Of a stretch of 43,626 bases of DNA, positions 1-8,968 are shown piece by piece. Where the stretch lies: NCBI GenBank assembly GCA_040756235.1, contig JBFLZG010000022.1, forward strand, positions 1-43,626. The letters run 5' to 3'. Source of the DNA: a bacterium (GTDB lineage Bacteria > Desulfobacterota > DSWW01). The position numbers and the translations under genes were made by a program. Every line of letters begins with the position of its first letter. Positions within the stretch are counted from its first letter, which is position 1. The notes under the pieces are model-generated. The model was given only the letters and a program-made list of their open reading frames with translations. It searched no databases and was not told where the DNA came from.

Positions 1-54
1 CAGTGACGAGGGATGAGCGCAACGCCGCAGATGGGCGTTTTGGGACAGGCTCTA
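1..54. repeat. Partial copy (right end) of the MITE-like palindromic element family, truncated by window start
   Basis: ATGAGCGCAACGCCGCAGATGG core shared with copies at 4451-4695, 30667-30821, 32708-32885, 43537-43626. Confidence 0.8.
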
Positions 55-86
55 TCTAGAACAGCGGCAATTACGGGGTGCAGGGA

Positions 87-113
87 CTGGATTCCGGCTG
101 CGCCGGAATGACG
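87..113. repeat. GGATTCC...GGAATGAC-type short palindromic repeat
   Basis: ctggattccggctgcgccggaatgac hairpin; relatives at 2516-2543 and 29272-29296. Confidence 0.65.
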
Positions 114-265
114 GAAAAGAGCGGGGACTGGATCGCGGGTGTTGCCCGCTTCGCAGGCTACTTCGAAACGGCATCGGATAGGCGTCTGACGGGGCTATGA
201 CACCGCCTCCTGGGCCGGAATGACGCCAATGAGGGCACCGCCCTTTCTTGCTGACAACCGACAAC

Positions 266-2167
266 TCAGTCCGTGGGCGCCGCCTCGAACGCGGCCGGCC
301 GGTTGGAACGGCTCTGGCTCTCCAGAAGGGATTCCACCTGTTCCCGCGTCAGGCTCTCCTGCTCCAGCAAGGCCAGCGCCAGGGCATGCAGATCGTCCAG
401 GTTGTCGCGCAGGATCTCTTCGGCCTTCTCCTCGGTCCCCTTGACGATACGGCGCACCTCTTCGTCGATGAGCCGGGCCGTGTGCTCGCTGAAATCCCTT
501 GGCATCGCGATCTCGGCCCCCAGGTAAGGGTCTTCTTCTCCCTGCCGGAACGTGACCGGGCCAAGGGTTTCGCTCATGCCCCACTGCCGGACCATGCGGC
601 GCGCGATCCCGGTTGCCCGCTTGAGGTCGTCGCTGCCGCCGGTCGTTATGTCGTTCAAGGCGAGCCTCTCGGCCGCACGCCCGCCCAGCATGACCGCGAT
701 CCGCCCGAGCAGGCAGCTTCGGCTCAGGATGTGGCGGTCTTCCTCCGGCGACACCTCCGTCGTGCCCAGCGCATGCCGCCTGGGAATGATCGAGACCCTC
801 TGGAACGCGCCGCCCGACGGCATGTAGAGCGCGACCAGGGCGTGGCCCGCCTCGTGGTACGCGATCACTCTTCTTTCGTCGTCGTGAATCAGGTCCTCCC
901 TCTCAATGCCCATGAGGACCCGGTCACGGCTCTGCTCCAGATCCTCGGGGTCCACCTGGGCCTTGCCCTTGCGCGCGGCCAGGAGGGCGGCCTCGTTGAT
1001 GAGGTTCATCAGGTCCGCGCCGGAGAAGCCGGGCGTCCGTTCGGCCAGCACCGTGAGATCGACCCGCTTCGCCAGCGGCACGTGACGGGCATGGACCCGC
1101 AGGATCTCCTCGCGCGCGCGTTTCTGCGGAAGGTCCAGCGTGATGCGCCGGTCAAAGCGGCCGGGCCGGACCAGAGCAGGGTCGAGCACGTCCGGGCGGT
1201 TGGTGGCGGCCATCACGATCACGCACTCGTTCGGGGAGAAACCGTCCATCTCCGTCAAGATCTGGTTCAACGTTTGCTCGCGCTCGTCATGGGACTGGCC
1301 CATGCCCGCGCTGCGCACCCGGCCGATGGAGTCGATCTCATCGATGTAGATGATCGAGGGGGCCCGCTTCTTCGCATTTGCGAACATGTCGCGCACGCGC
1401 GAGGCGCCCACGCCGACGAACATCTCCATGAACTCGGACCCGCTGATGCTGAAGAACGGGACCTGGGCTTCCCCGGCCACCGCGCGCGCCAGAAGGGTCT
1501 TGCCCGTGCCGGGCGGCCCGGTCAGGAGCACGCCCCTGGGGAGCTTGCCGCCCAGAGCCAGGTACTTGGACGGGGTCTTCAGGAAGTCGATCACCTCGGA
1601 GAGCTCTCTCTTGACGTTGGCCAGGCCGGCCACGTCCTCGAAGGTCGTGCGCATGCCCGATTTCTGGTACAGCCTGGCTCTGGACTTTCCGAACCGCACC
1701 GCGTTGCCTGCCACGCCGCCGGCCCTGTGGCGGCCGCCGGAAGACCGCCGGGTGCTCTGGATGAGGAGACCGGCGGCGAGGCTCACCGGAAAGATGCCGA
1801 TCAGGGCGCCGATCAGCCATGGATTCCGCCCGCCCTCGGTGAAAACGGTCACCCCCTGATCGCGCAGAAGCTCCATGAGCCCGGGGTCCCCGAAAGAAGG
1901 AAGGGTCGTCCGGAAGTCCTTGGATCCGTCTTCCGCATTCCGCAGGACCCCCCAGAGGGTGTTCCCCATGACCGTGATCTCAGCCACTTTCTTCTCGCTC
2001 AGGTACTGGCGGAAAGTCGAATACGGCACGTTGTCCGTGTCCGCGGCCGAGCATCCCAGCAAGATCAGGACGGATGCCGCCAACAGGGCCAGCACGCTCG
2101 TCACACTCCCCCACCGGGTAGCGGTCAAGCCACGGGCACCGGAATTTCGCTCTCTCTCGCTCACCAT
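266..2167 (-). CDS. ftsH: ATP-dependent zinc metalloprotease FtsH (paralogue)
   Basis: Two N-terminal hydrophobic segments, Walker A GPPGTGKT, Walker [37 protein letters not shown] zinc motif; start placed at ATG 2167 after GGGGAG. Confidence 0.95.
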   Translation of the reverse strand: MVSERERNSGARGLTATRWGSVTSVLALLAASVLILLGCSAADTDNVPYSTFRQYLSEKKVAEITVMGNTLWGVLRNAEDGSKDFRTTLPSFGDPGLMELLRDQGVTVFTEGGRNPWLIGALIGIFPVSLAAGLLIQSTRRSSGGRHRAGGVAGNAVRFGKSRARLYQKSGMRTTFEDVAGLANVKRELSEVIDFLKTPSKYLALGGKLPRGVLLTGPPGTGKTLLARAVAGEAQVPFFSISGSEFMEMFVGVGASRVRDMFANAKKRAPSIIYIDEIDSIGRVRSAGMGQSHDEREQTLNQILTEMDGFSPNECVIVMAATNRPDVLDPALVRPGRFDRRITLDLPQKRAREEILRVHARHVPLAKRVDLTVLAERTPGFSGADLMNLINEAALLAARKGKAQVDPEDLEQSRDRVLMGIEREDLIHDDERRVIAYHEAGHALVALYMPSGGAFQRVSIIPRRHALGTTEVSPEEDRHILSRSCLLGRIAVMLGGRAAERLALNDITTGGSDDLKRATGIARRMVRQWGMSETLGPVTFRQGEEDPYLGAEIAMPRDFSEHTARLIDEEVRRIVKGTEEKAEEILRDNLDDLHALALALLEQESLTREQVESLLESQSRSNRPAAFEAAPTD

Positions 2168-2406
2168 AAGACTCCCCCTGCGGATCGGACCGTCTGACGG
2201 CCGGAACGCTTCAGCATGCTGCCGATCCGCGATGCACGTACCGAAAGGCAGATGTTCAGCTCGGCGCGAAGCTCTCAAGGTCACAGGCGCGCGGATGAAT
2301 CTGCGGCATGATCGAAGTGCTTGTATTATATCAGACCGGGAAGTCGAAAACAGCGGCACCCGGGCGTGAGATCAGCGATTCGCCCTGCGAGACCATCTCA
2401 TCCCGC

Positions 2407-2543
2407 GTCATCCCGGCCGAGCGCTCTTGCAGGGGCATTGTAGGGGCGCTGCTTGCTGCGCCCGCAGTTCGGGCAGGGCAAGTCCTGCCCCTACATGGAA
2501 ACGCACGATAAGGTGACTGGACTCCGGGATTGGCGGGAATGAC
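2407..2543. repeat. Composite palindromic repeat: GTCATCCCG...GGAATGAC shell containing a GTAG-type REP doublet (2439-2463, 2471-2495)
   Basis: tgtaggggcgctgcttgctgcgccc and gggcagggcaagtcctgcccctaca in inverted arrangement; first unit is the exact reverse complement of 39912-39936. Confidence 0.8.
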
Positions 2544-2570
2544 AGGCCCGCTGAGTCATGACACAGCCGC

Positions 2571-4436
2571 TCAGGCGATATGCAGCTCGTAGCGGACCGT
2601 GTAGCGAGCCAGGATTTCGGCCACTCTGCTTTCGATGGTCTTCGCTGCAGCTCCGGGGCGCGGCCGAACCCGGATCGTGGCAAGCGAACCGTGGACCTTG
2701 TGCTCGCCGACCCGGACCTCCACCGACTCGGCAAGGTCGCCGAGGGCCGCAAGCTCCCGCTCGTAGGCCCGCCGGATCGCGTCCCAGCGCAGGGCGGGCT
2801 TGAAGATCTTGCCCACCGGTGTCAGCGGGACCTCATCCAGGAGGAACACCTCCTTGGGAACGGCGGCCCGTTCGCCGACCTGCTGCCTCAGGTATTCCAG
2901 AATCGCTTCGGCCGTCTGGCCCGACCCCTCCTGCAACTGCACGTAGGCGACCGGGACCTCGCCGGCGTGAGGGTCCGGCCACCCGACCGCGGCAGCGACC
3001 TGCACGCCCTTCAGCCGGTAGAGCGGATCCTCGATCAGAGCGGGATCGATGTTGTGCCCGCCCCGGATGATCAGCTCTTTCTTCCGCCCCGTCAGCCAGA
3101 AATAACCGTCGGCGTCCTGTCTCCCCAGGTCTCCGGTGTTGAACCACCCTCCTTCCAGCCAGACGCCCTCGTTGTGCTCCGCCTCCAGGTACCCGGGGAA
3201 GACGTTCGGCCCGCGGACGCAGACGCATCCGATCTCGTCCGTTCCGGCCTCCCGCCAGGCTCCCCCGTCCTCCACGTAGATCTTCATCTCCTGGTACGGG
3301 ATGCGCAGCCCCACGGAGCCCACCTTGCGCTCGCCGAACAGGGGGTTCACCGAGGAAACCAGGGTGCCTTCGGTGAGCCCGTACCCTTCCAGGATCTTCA
3401 TGCCGCTGTGGGCCTCGAAGCGCTTGAACAGCTCCACCGAAAGTGGCGCCGCCCCGCATATGGCGTAGCGCAGGCACGAGATGTCCACGCCTTCCACCGG
3501 CACGTCGAGCAGCACGGAAAGGACCGTGGGCACGCAGGAGAACGTAACGGCCCGATAGTGCTCCACGATCTTGAAGAAGCTCCGCATGACGGACGGGTCT
3601 CGGTAGCCTCTGGGCGACAGCAGGACGACGTGCGCTCCGATCGAAAAAGGGAACGCCCCGGTGGCCATGGTGGCGTTTGCGTGGAACAGGGGAAGCCCGC
3701 ACATGATGGTCTCGCCGGGCTCGAGCCCCACGGCCAAGCTGAGGATCGCGGGAATGGCGATCTCGTTGAAGTGGGTCCGCGGCGTCAGCTTCGGAGTCCC
3801 GGTGGTGCCGCCGGTATGATAGATGGAGGCCACCTCGCCGCTGTCGATGACCCGGCCCGAGTCCAGCCGGTCATCACGGTAGCGCGTCACGACCTCGTCG
3901 AGCCCGTAGATCCCTTCCTTCTCGTCGCTCGGCCCCATGACCCGCACGATCGCCTTCAGCCCCGGGAGGTCCTTGCGGATGGCCATCACTTTTTCCCAGA
4001 TGTCGGCACCCGGAAACTCCCCCAGCGCAACCAGCACCTTGGTGCCTGCCGCCCGGCAGATGTGCCGAATCGTGGCGGGCTCCAGCATCGGGTTGATCGG
4101 GTTCAGGATGCCTGCCGCCTCCCCGCCCCAGATCACGTAATGGGTATGGACGAGGTTGGGCAGCAGGTACGTCACCACGTCGCGCGGCCCGACACCCAGA
4201 TCATGAAGGAGGTTGGCCGTCTGCGTGATCTTCGCCACGAGCTCCCGGTAGGAAACCTGGACCGGCTTGTCATACGTGTCTCCCGAGAGCAGCAGGCTCA
4301 CCGCGGGAGCGTCCGGAGCGACCGAGGCCCCCTTGCGGATCATGTCGTAGGTGTTGGAGACCGTGAGCCTTCGGGTGAGCGGGACCTTTTCGATCTCTTC
4401 GATGTCCTTGAGTGTGGCGATCCGGTATGCGCCCAT
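2571..4436 (-). CDS. Acyl-CoA synthetase (AMP-forming, fatty-acid/aromatic CoA ligase family)
   Basis: AMP-binding YHTGGTTGTPK, GYGLTE, TGDLG, C-terminal TPVGK; ATG 4436 preceded by AAGGAG. Confidence 0.92.
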   Translation of the reverse strand: MGAYRIATLKDIEEIEKVPLTRRLTVSNTYDMIRKGASVAPDAPAVSLLLSGDTYDKPVQVSYRELVAKITQTANLLHDLGVGPRDVVTYLLPNLVHTHYVIWGGEAAGILNPINPMLEPATIRHICRAAGTKVLVALGEFPGADIWEKVMAIRKDLPGLKAIVRVMGPSDEKEGIYGLDEVVTRYRDDRLDSGRVIDSGEVASIYHTGGTTGTPKLTPRTHFNEIAIPAILSLAVGLEPGETIMCGLPLFHANATMATGAFPFSIGAHVVLLSPRGYRDPSVMRSFFKIVEHYRAVTFSCVPTVLSVLLDVPVEGVDISCLRYAICGAAPLSVELFKRFEAHSGMKILEGYGLTEGTLVSSVNPLFGERKVGSVGLRIPYQEMKIYVEDGGAWREAGTDEIGCVCVRGPNVFPGYLEAEHNEGVWLEGGWFNTGDLGRQDADGYFWLTGRKKELIIRGGHNIDPALIEDPLYRLKGVQVAAAVGWPDPHAGEVPVAYVQLQEGSGQTAEAILEYLRQQVGERAAVPKEVFLLDEVPLTPVGKIFKPALRWDAIRRAYERELAALGDLAESVEVRVGEHKVHGSLATIRVRPRPGAAAKTIESRVAEILARYTVRYELHIA

Positions 4437-4450
4437 GCTCCGCTCCTTCT

Positions 4451-4719
4451 GAGGCTGTCGATAAACGGCCATCTGCGGCGTTGCGCTCATGGCGATGGGA
4501 AGCCCGGGGAGCTTGCCCCCGGCGCAGGCCGGGGTCTACCGTGGGTCCCGCTACGCCTCGTTCTTCAGGATTTGACTCGCGCCGTCCCTGGCGCTCGCCC
4601 TGCGGGCGCATCATCCTCGCGGATGATGCGCCCAATTCCGCTATCCTGCGGAATTGTCGCGCGCCTTGCATCTGGCCATTTCTCACCAGCCTCTCAAGAG
4701 GGTGCTTTCGCCACCCCCT
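4451..4719. mobile_element. MITE-like palindromic element with nested 84-bp insert (4573-4656) and flanking small hairpin
   Basis: Imperfect terminal inverted repeats gaggctgtcgataaacggccatctgc / gcatctggccatttctcaccagcctc; no coding capacity; four other copies in window. Confidence 0.8.
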
Positions 4720-4865
4720 TCTCGGTGCTGCCGGCAGGCAGGAACCCATGCCAAGTCCGCGCTGCTGTGCTATCATCTACGCCGGCTCGAACGGATGCAA
4801 GCCTTTTTCGGCCTTTCGGGGCAGGGGTCCGATCCTGAGGCCGCGTGTGTTGCCGGAGGAAATGC

Positions 4866-6239
4866 ATGGATTACCAGGTGATCATCGTCGGGGCCGGGCC
4901 GGCCGGCATCGCCTGTGCGCTGACCCTTGCGGAGCTGGGAGTCGAGGGCGTGATGCTCCTCGAGCAGGGCAAAGAGCTCGCCGACCGGAGCCGCGCCCAT
5001 TCCGGCGACCTCCTGTGCGGCTGGGGAGGCGCCGGGGCTTACAGCGACGGAAAGCTGACGCTCTCGAAGGAGGTCGGCGGGTACCTGGCCGAATACCTCG
5101 ACACGGCCGCGCTAAGCGATCTTCTGGAGGCCGCCGACAGGATGTTCGTGGAGCACGGAGCGCCCGAACGTCTCTTCGGGGACGACTCGCCGGCCCTTCG
5201 CGATCTCCAGGATCGGGCGCGGCTCGCCGACCTCGAGCTCATCCCCTCCCGCATACGCCACATCGGGACCGAGAACTGCCTGACCGTCCTGACGCGGATG
5301 CGCCAGGCCCTGTCCGGCCGGGTGGAAGTCCGAACGGGGTGCCGCGTGGAGGGTCTCGTGGCGCAGAGCCGGGTCGAGGGCGTAAGGCTCGCGGACGGCC
5401 GCGTCCTCAGGAGCCGGTTCGTGGTGACCGCGCCGGGCCGGGCAGGCGCCGCCTGGATGAAGAAGATCGCCGCCTCGCTGGGGGTCGGGTTCCGGCCGAG
5501 CCCCGTGGACATCGGCGTCCGCGTGGAGCTGCCCGCCACCGTCCTCCGGGAGATCACGGACGCGACCTATGAGGGCAAGCTCATCTACTACTCCAAGAAG
5601 TTTGACGACAAGGTCCGCACCTTCTGCATGAACCCCTACGGCGAAGTGGTGGTCGAGGAGGAAGGGGGAACCAGCACGGTCAACGGCCACAGCTTTGCCG
5701 GGAAGAAGACCGCGAACACGAATTTCGCGATCCTGGTGAGCAGCGCCTTCACGGAACCGTTCGACGACCCGATCGCCTATGGCCTCTATATCGCCCGGCT
5801 TGCGAACCTCCTGGGCAAGGGCGTCATCATCCAGCGACTCGGCGATCTTCTGGCCGGCCGGCGCTCGACCCGGGCGCGCATCGACCGCTGCCTCACCCGC
5901 CCGACCCTGGCAGGGGCGACCCCGGGCGATCTGACCTTCGTGTTTCCGTATCGCCACCTCATGAGCATCATCGAGATGCTCCAGGCCCTGGACAAGCTCG
6001 CGCCCGGGGTCTACTCGCGGCATACCCTGCTCTACGGCGTGGAGGTGAAGTTCTATTCCAACCGCCTCTCGGTGTCGCCCGAGATGGAAACCGCAGTCCC
6101 GGATCTGTTCGCCCTCGGAGACGGCGCCGGCGTCACGCGCGGCCTGCTGCAGGCCTCGGCCAGCGGGATCCTGGCTGCCCGGGCGATCTTCGGCAGGATC
6201 GCAGGCGGCGGCAGCGCGAGCTCTCACCCCTCCGCGTAG
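4866..6239 (+). CDS. FAD/NAD(P)-dependent oxidoreductase (uncharacterised FAD-dependent dehydrogenase family)
   Basis: Rossmann IIVGAGPAG, GWGGAGAYSDGKL, VRTFCMNP, GDGAGVTRGL; GGAGGA RBS. Confidence 0.88.
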   Translation: MDYQVIIVGAGPAGIACALTLAELGVEGVMLLEQGKELADRSRAHSGDLLCGWGGAGAYSDGKLTLSKEVGGYLAEYLDTAALSDLLEAADRMFVEHGAPERLFGDDSPALRDLQDRARLADLELIPSRIRHIGTENCLTVLTRMRQALSGRVEVRTGCRVEGLVAQSRVEGVRLADGRVLRSRFVVTAPGRAGAAWMKKIAASLGVGFRPSPVDIGVRVELPATVLREITDATYEGKLIYYSKKFDDKVRTFCMNPYGEVVVEEEGGTSTVNGHSFAGKKTANTNFAILVSSAFTEPFDDPIAYGLYIARLANLLGKGVIIQRLGDLLAGRRSTRARIDRCLTRPTLAGATPGDLTFVFPYRHLMSIIEMLQALDKLAPGVYSRHTLLYGVEVKFYSNRLSVSPEMETAVPDLFALGDGAGVTRGLLQASASGILAARAIFGRIAGGGSASSHPSA

Positions 6240-8161
6240 CTTTGCAGGCCCAGGCGCGCCAGCGTCGCGGCCGTGGGATGCCCGGTCGCGGGGTCCCAGC
6301 CGCGCTCCTCGTAGTATCCCTCGAGCAGGCCCTGGACCTGGCTGCGCGTGAGGCGGGAGGTCCGAAAATAGTCGGTGATGTAGCGGGTTTCCCCGCCGCT
6401 CGTCTTGGGCTCGAACCATGGCTCCGGGATCCGGTCGTCGGCCCTCGTGAAACCCTCGCGGCGGTTGGCCAGACGCAGCAGGTTCCAGATCCGCTCCGCG
6501 TCGGCCATGAGATCGCCGGGCGATTTCTCGATCCCCGTCAGGGTGCTGTAAAGGCGGGAAAAGATGTCGACGTGATAGAAGCGGTTCACCACGGCCCGAT
6601 TGCACACGCCCAGGGCGCTGAAGAGCGCATACCAGTCCTCGGAATAGCGTGAAAGCCTCCCCACGTGGAACCCGAACGGACTGTCGAAGATGCGCGCCGC
6701 GGCTTCCGGCGAGGCGCCCATGCGGCCGGCGTGCTGCTTGAACTTGTCCAGGGGTTGTCCCGGCAGATAGGAAGGCGAGCCGGAGCAGGCCGAGGTGGGG
6801 CCTCGGGGGCAGACGATCTGCTCGAACTCCATGGTGCCGAGGCCGGTGTCCCGAGGATCGTAGAGCGCGTCCTGGCCCTTGATGCACACGAGGTCCCGGC
6901 TCGCATCCGGTCCCACGCGGGCCGCGAACTCCTCCAGGCTCGAGTGGAACAGCTCTCCGACCCCCTCGCGTCGAATCACGCGGTCGAGGAGCCGGAGGAA
7001 CCCGGTCTCGTCCCGCTCGAGCTCGTCCGCAACGTCATCCCGGAGCGGCAGACTCCCGGCCTCGCGTGCGTTCCGCAGCATCTGCACCATCCGGCCGAAG
7101 ACGAACAGGTCCAGGCCCGCGTCGTCGAGCCGGAACAGCATCTCGGCAGCCAGGTCCGGGTTCCGGATGCCGACCATCGCGGCGAGCACCACGTTGATGT
7201 AGCTCGTGAAAGGTGCGCTGCGCTGCTCGCTGCCGGCCTCCCAGGCCAGCAGATCTTTGTCGCAGATGAAGCATGAAGGGCAGCCGAAGCGCCTTCTCTT
7301 CATGCGCTCGTAGACCTTCTGGCCGTAAACGGCGTCCATCTCGGCCGGGGTCCACTCGGGATGCCGGAACATGCTTTCGATCCCGAGCTCCCAGCCGGCC
7401 ATGAGCCCCTTCTGCACGCAGTAGCCGTGAAGGGGATAAGCGCGCGCCCGTTCGTGGAGGCGCGCCACTTCCCTGAGAAAGCCCTTGCGGTCGTGGACGC
7501 GGATCCCTGCGCCGGTCTCCCGGGGCTGGTCCGTTTCCGCCGGCCGCACATAGACGGCCTTGAGGTTCTTGGCGCCCATGACGGCGCCGAGCCCGCCCCT
7601 GCCGATGGTCCCGGCCACGTCGGTCAGCGCGAAGGAGTAAGGGACACAGGCCTCTCCCGCCGGACCGATGGCCGTGACCGACCCCCCGGCGCCGAAGCGC
7701 TCCTTGAGCGCCGCGGTCGTTTCGTGGATCCCCTTGCCCCAGAGGACGCCCGCATCCACGAAGCGCACGGCGTCGCCCGAAATCACGACGCAAACGGGGC
7801 GGGGCGCCTTTCCCAGGACAACGACGTGGTCATATCCGGCCCACTTCATGCGCGGCCCGAACCCCATGCTGCCCGAAGCCGCCGCAACCGCGCCGGTGAG
7901 CGGGAACCGGGTCGTTGCCATGACCCGGGCGGCGCCGGGCGCCAGCGTACCGACCAGGGGGCCCGCGCCGAAGATGATGGGATTGGCGGGGTCGAGCGGA
8001 GGCGTGCGAGGGCGGCCGTAGCCGTGGAACAGGACTTGGTTGATGCCGAAGCCGCCGAGGAACGAAGCGGCGAGGCACGGGTCGAGAGGCCTGACGGCAT
8101 GAGAGAGGCCGCTCAGCTCGAGCTCCAGGATCCGGCCCGCAAAGCCACACGTCTTCCCCAT
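6224..8161 (-). CDS. Aldehyde:ferredoxin oxidoreductase family protein (W/Mo-bis-pterin)
   Basis: AIGPAGE, GRGGLGAVMGAKNLKAV, CPSCFIC cluster motif, DDAGLD, YYEERGWD. Confidence 0.9.
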   Translation of the reverse strand: MGKTCGFAGRILELELSGLSHAVRPLDPCLAASFLGGFGINQVLFHGYGRPRTPPLDPANPIIFGAGPLVGTLAPGAARVMATTRFPLTGAVAAASGSMGFGPRMKWAGYDHVVVLGKAPRPVCVVISGDAVRFVDAGVLWGKGIHETTAALKERFGAGGSVTAIGPAGEACVPYSFALTDVAGTIGRGGLGAVMGAKNLKAVYVRPAETDQPRETGAGIRVHDRKGFLREVARLHERARAYPLHGYCVQKGLMAGWELGIESMFRHPEWTPAEMDAVYGQKVYERMKRRRFGCPSCFICDKDLLAWEAGSEQRSAPFTSYINVVLAAMVGIRNPDLAAEMLFRLDDAGLDLFVFGRMVQMLRNAREAGSLPLRDDVADELERDETGFLRLLDRVIRREGVGELFHSSLEEFAARVGPDASRDLVCIKGQDALYDPRDTGLGTMEFEQIVCPRGPTSACSGSPSYLPGQPLDKFKQHAGRMGASPEAAARIFDSPFGFHVGRLSRYSEDWYALFSALGVCNRAVVNRFYHVDIFSRLYSTLTGIEKSPGDLMADAERIWNLLRLANRREGFTRADDRIPEPWFEPKTSGGETRYITDYFRTSRLTRSQVQGLLEGYYEERGWDPATGHPTAATLARLGLQSYAEG

Positions 8162-8240
8162 GGCGTGATACCCTCTCGAAGGACGCCCTGTTCAGCGGTC
8201 CCTGACACCACACCCGCTCATGAGTGCGTGGGAGGACTCA

Positions 8241-8269
8241 GCATGCACCCTGCGGCTTGCGCTTTCAAC
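8241..8269 (-). promoter_or_regulatory. Candidate sigma70 promoter for the first AOR gene
   Basis: Minus strand TTGAAA-17 bp-CATGCT; coordinates approximate. Confidence 0.4.
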
Positions 8270-8465
8270 AAGAACACCGGGGGGCGCCCTCCCGGAAGCT
8301 TGCGATGACCAGCCGCCGGTTGAAAGCGGCTGGATCGGCCGAGCGAAGCGGAGTATCATGGTTGAGCACGACTCGGATCGGGAATCGAGCGTTCGCATGA
8401 AACCAGAAGACGACATGCGAGAGGAGGAGGCGGGCCCGGGCGGCGCGAAGCTCCGCGCGGGAAGC

Positions 8466-8906
8466 ATGCAGATTCTCGCCCTCACCGAAGCCGCGATCCG
8501 GACCATGGTGTATCTGGCTGCAGCCGGCGCGGGCAGGAAGGTGCCGGGCCGGGAGATTTGCCGGATGCAGCAGATCCGCCCGGCCTGGCTCATCAAGTGC
8601 GTCCGGCCCCTGGTCGAGCGCGGTCTCATCTCCACCGTGCGCGGAGTCGGCGGCGGCTTCGAGCTGTCGAAGCCCCCTGAGTCCATCACCCTGCTGGAGA
8701 TCGTGGAGGCGGTGCAGGGGCCGATCCTCTTCAACCGGTGCCTGCTGGCGCCCGGCGCGTGCGAGCGGGAACCCATGTGCCCGGTCCACCCCGTCTGGAA
8801 GGAGATCCGCGGATCCGCGGAGAAGATCCTCTCCGGCTGGAACCTCCGCGATCTGGCGAGAACCGCGCGCGCCCGGTCCATCCTGACCGGCGGCGAGGGC
8901 GGATGA
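8466..8906 (+). CDS. Rrf2-family transcriptional regulator (Fe-S binding type)
   Basis: wHTH with STVRGVGGGFELSKPPESITLLEIVEAVQG and three Cys (CLLAPGACEREPMC); start uncertain (upstream ATGs possible). Confidence 0.88.
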   Translation: MQILALTEAAIRTMVYLAAAGAGRKVPGREICRMQQIRPAWLIKCVRPLVERGLISTVRGVGGGFELSKPPESITLLEIVEAVQGPILFNRCLLAPGACEREPMCPVHPVWKEIRGSAEKILSGWNLRDLARTARARSILTGGEGG

Positions 8907-8968
8907 TCGCGGCCGCACCCCAATGCGGGATCGCGAGGCGCAGCGGGATTCCTGCTTTCGAGGCCGTG

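Noticed and set aside
4437..4490. Long N-terminal extensions in the ORF track for the acyl-CoA synthetase, paaK, top6A, top6B, phoU and the Crp protein
   Set aside because: Extensions run through repeats or neighbouring genes; better RBS-linked starts lie downstream
4451..4719. Autonomous IS element or CRISPR array
   Set aside because: No transposase ORF and no regularly spaced repeat-spacer structure; copies are dispersed
6224..6239. Convergent 16-bp overlap of the FAD oxidoreductase and AOR genes
   Set aside because: Short tail-to-tail overlaps are common in GC-rich genomes
8162..8465. Moco/Wco riboswitch upstream of the first AOR (inverted cgctttcaac/gttgaaagcg and a hairpin)
   Set aside because: Could not match the conserved riboswitch core; the repeats are explained by promoter -35 hexamers and a simple hairpin
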